Shown here in pieces: positions 36,183 to 39,445 of a DNA stretch of 39,445 nucleotides. The stretch is from NCBI RefSeq assembly GCF_001194135.2, contig NC_068986.1:36964370-37003814 (forward strand). Direction: 5' to 3'. Position 1 is the stretch's first letter. Every line of letters starts with the position of its first letter. The position numbers and the translations under genes were made by a program. The notes under the pieces were generated by a model. The model was given only the letters and a program-made list of their open reading frames with translations. It had not been told where the DNA came from and made no database searches. The DNA is from Octopus bimaculoides. Lineage: Eukaryota.

Positions 36183-36534
36183 AACAAGAGCTCTCAGAGA
36201 GTGCAAACCTCTGCCAAGACAACACCAATGTCCTCTCAACGATTAGCCAGAGATGATTTTTAAAATGTGAATGTCTGAAATAAACTCAACTGCTCTCACA
36301 AACGAGAATACTAAAAATGAACCCGACCACTCTCAAAAATTAAGTAAAATAACAGGAAAAATAACCCAGAATCCTTGTCTAGTGCTAGATCGATCCCAAA
36401 ATCTAATCTGTTCATGCCCGTCATCTCTAAAAGTTTCATCTGAATCCATCCATTGGTTCTTGAGATATCTTGTCTACTGACAAACAAATACAACTGAAAA
36501 CAATACCTCTGCCCTCGCTAAGGCAGAGGTAATA
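36183..36534 (+). mobile_element. Helentron-associated non-autonomous element (HINE/DINE-1-like)
   Basis: 5' sub-terminal ACCTCTGCC at 36207-36215, GACAAACAAA remnant near 36478, and a 3' hairpin TACCTCTGCC-CTCGCTAA-GGCAGAGGTA (36504-36531). A-rich flanks, no TSD seen. Confidence 0.7.
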
Positions 36535-37409
36535 ACAGACACAGCAATGGCATCAACAACAGAATAAATTTTAACAAACATTTAAAGGCAGTGCCCCAGC
36601 ATGGCCATAGCTCAATGACGGAAACCGATAGAAGAACAGAGAGATAAATAGATTTTTCAATACACAGATAAACAGATACATAACTATTTAGCTAAGTAAA
36701 CTCAGTGAAAGAAAATAAAAGATTATGTGATGTGAGGTGAAATGAATTCATTTACAGCAAGGAAAGGTGCTCTTCATTGCTTCTCTGTCCAAAATGTCAA
36801 AACTCACCTCACTGCACCAGACACAGATTTTATTTTACAAATTCCATTAATTTGGTTTCATTTATTCTTCTGACACAAACCATCACTAGTTTTCTCCAGA
36901 TGTTAGTATTTTTCTCTTTCATTTATTTAAGTAGCTAAATAAATAAATAAAGTGGTTGGTTCATTGGTAAATAAAGAAAATGTTGGTAGGTAGCAACACA
37001 GGAAATATTTTTTACCTCTTCTCAAAGTATTACTTTTCGTTTTATCTCATCTTTTAGCTCCCATCTTTTATTAACTTTTCTCTTGCAGTTCTCCCTATAA
37101 TCCTATACTTACAGGACTCCCATTCTGTTCATCTTATGACTTTCACAACTAATCTGCAACATTTCAGCATGAAATATCAGCTCCACACATCTTACCCAAT
37201 CTTACTTATCTTTCAATCTTAGAAAACATAAAAGTGTCATGAACGTGGCTTATTCTTCATAAATGACCAATTCCTTGTTTTAATCTAATTTTTCCAGCTG
37301 TATCTCAATAGAGTATATTTATAACAAATATTATTATCTCACTCATAAATAAGGATACAAGTTTTACTCTTCTATTATAATACTATTCACGTCTGCGATA
37401 CCTTATAGG

Positions 37410-37824
37410 AATATTAAATCAACCACCAGTACTTGAATAATGCTTTAGTTTATCACTCCTAAAAGGATGAAAGACAAAGGTGACCTTAGCAATATTTGAA
37501 CTCAGAACATGAAAGGTGCTTTTCTATTCTGTTGACTTGGAAATAGATAAAATGCTTCTCAAAACTTAGTTCTGTCACTGCTCCTCATAGGAATATTGTA
37601 ATCATTTGGATTTATAACCTCATCTGCTTTCGAAATGTTGGGAAATTCATTTAAGATTCTCAAAGAAGATGCATTTCGGATTGGTCTCTTCTTGGCAAAC
37701 TCAAGGAGGCACCAGTATCTATTGATTAAATCAACCCCAGGACTTGACTGGTGTTTTGTTTTATTGATCTCAAAAGGATGAAAGGCAGAGTTGATTCTGG
37801 TGAGATTTGAGCTCAGAACGTATA
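37410..37824 (-). mobile_element. Two decayed SINE family C copies
   Basis: GGATGAAAG at 37465 and 37776, each followed by ATTTGA(A/G)CTCAGAAC. Confidence 0.65.
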
Positions 37825-39272
37825 GTGATTTGGCCTGCTGCTCTATTAGTATTTATTCTAACTCTGTGTACCGAGTTCAAATTCTTCAATGGACTATTTG
37901 GGTATTAGGGTTAATCCACCGTCCACACCATCTGGCATTTTGGGTACTTTTAACAACATTCACTCTGCTGGAAGTATTTGGGCCAGGTCTTCAGTTTGAG
38001 GGAAAACTCTTCCTTTCTTCATTCCCACTAGTCTCAAATGCTCTGTAAACATGGCTTTTAAGATTAGCAACACTACCTTTCCACTTAAATAAAAGATTAG
38101 AAAAACATGAAAACATGCTTCACTGGGGAATAATTTTGACAGTGTGTGGACAACAGAGCTGAGTGTGCAGGTGCACAACAGCACAAGCACACAACCATGA
38201 TGATGATGATAATATGATAATTTACCACAAGGCACCATCAAAGTAAGGAAATAATACTACTGCCTTTCTACAGTCAGCTTGGCAATCATTTAAAATCTAA
38301 ATTTCAAATTTCCTAAACATTCAAAGAAATTTATCAGCTAATTCTTTGCAAACTATGCTTGACAATGGATGAGATGTGGTTGCTAGAGGCAAGATTTGTC
38401 AAAAAAGGTACCTTAGACAGACCGCGTAGTTATGTGATGTTTGAAATACTGTCGTCAACAAATCACAAGTAAATCTTTCAGACTAAATATACATTCCTGT
38501 GTTTCTATAATCTGAGGCTCTGTTGACTTCGTCAAAGAGTCATACATGTTTGCACCACCAGGACAGGCAATGGGGGAATGAGGAGGGGGCTGGGACACCT
38601 GCAGTTGTATATATTCACAGTGAGAATAAGGTAAATGAAAGTAGCAATAATGTTATTATTGTTCGTGCACAGTTGGTAATGGTAACGACAATGTTATTGA
38701 TGATGTGTGAATTTGTGAGATGCAATGTGCAAGTATGAGTGGGGTTGTAAGTGTATGTATGTATACATATGTAGAAGTTTCTACGGCACTGATTGTGGTA
38801 TTCCTTCCATCATGTGTGTTATGTATGTACTCTTGTTTTAATATGCATAAGACTACGTGTGAGTCTATTTCTGTGTGTATGTTTGTATGTCTGTGTTCTA
38901 TGTGTGCTTATGAATACATGTCCCTGTGCCTCTACAAGTATATGCTTACATGTATCAGTGCGCATCATTGTGCATGTGTATGTATGTCTTAACGAGTGTG
39001 TGTGTGTGCGTATGTGCCTGTGTATGTGTTCTTGTGCATATCTATGTATTGTCATGTATGAGTATGTGTTTGTGAGTGTACATCATCTTTAGTAATGTTT
39101 CTACAGCTGATTGCCCAGCACGGGGAGCTACTCAGGCAGCACTGGCAATGACCAAAGCATGAACGGTGCTTATGGCATACCATGAGCACGAGAGCCAGTC
39201 AGGCGGCACTGACATCGGCCACAAGTACAATTTACATTTGATTGTGATTTGATTTTTGAATTCTACTTGACT

Positions 39273-39304
<32 letters not shown>

Positions 39305-39308
<4 letters not shown>

Positions 39309-39445
39309 TCATCATCATTTAACGTCTGCTTTCCATGCTAGCATGGGTTGGACGACTTGACTGAGGACTGGTGAAACCGGATGGCAACACCAGGCCAAAT
39401 TTAGATTGGAGCCTGGTGTTGCCATCCGGTTTCACCAGTCCTCAG
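39305..39445 (-). mobile_element. RTE-tail element with an inverted duplication (fold-back 2), running off the window
   Basis: (ATC)n tail at about 39305, then perfect 35-nt inverted arms at 39361-39395 and 39411-39445 with a 15-nt loop. Confidence 0.9.

Larger units (their letters stand above)
32954..39445 (-). other. Intron upstream of the TSR2 exon
   Basis: The TSR2 exon begins in phase 1 with a splice acceptor and no signal peptide. TSR1, PSI and sema-domain exons were not found in this interval and must lie beyond the window. Confidence 0.7.

Overview
AT-rich, microsatellite-dense animal genomic DNA with scaffold gaps. The repeat families look like those of octopus (inference from sequence style, not a database hit). 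The only host coding sequence I can support is three minus-strand exons (32780-32953, 31517-31696, 30414-30596). All three are phase 1-1 with canonical AG/GT ends and encode thrombospondin type-1 repeats (TSR) 2, 3 and 4 of a class-5 semaphorin. The TSR4 exon carries the Sema5-diagnostic PW..W..N..GG..EQRFRF.C motif. The rest appears to be intron filled with tRNA-derived SINEs, RTE-LINE fragments, a DD37D (maT) transposase relic, a hAT MITE, a Helentron-type non-autonomous element, a Penelope-like end and satellites. Nearly all ORFs in the supplied track are microsatellite or low-complexity artefacts. Main leads: (1) two in-frame donors plus an open read-through after the TSR4 exon, which could give a +20 aa linker or a secreted Sema5 with a basic, Cys-rich tail; (2) two independent fold-back retroposon insertions with the same topology; (3) a minimal type-I hammerhead-like motif at 220-256; (4) a minisatellite with a hidden 3-unit higher-order period. 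Family assignments rest on recalled motifs; no searches were run.
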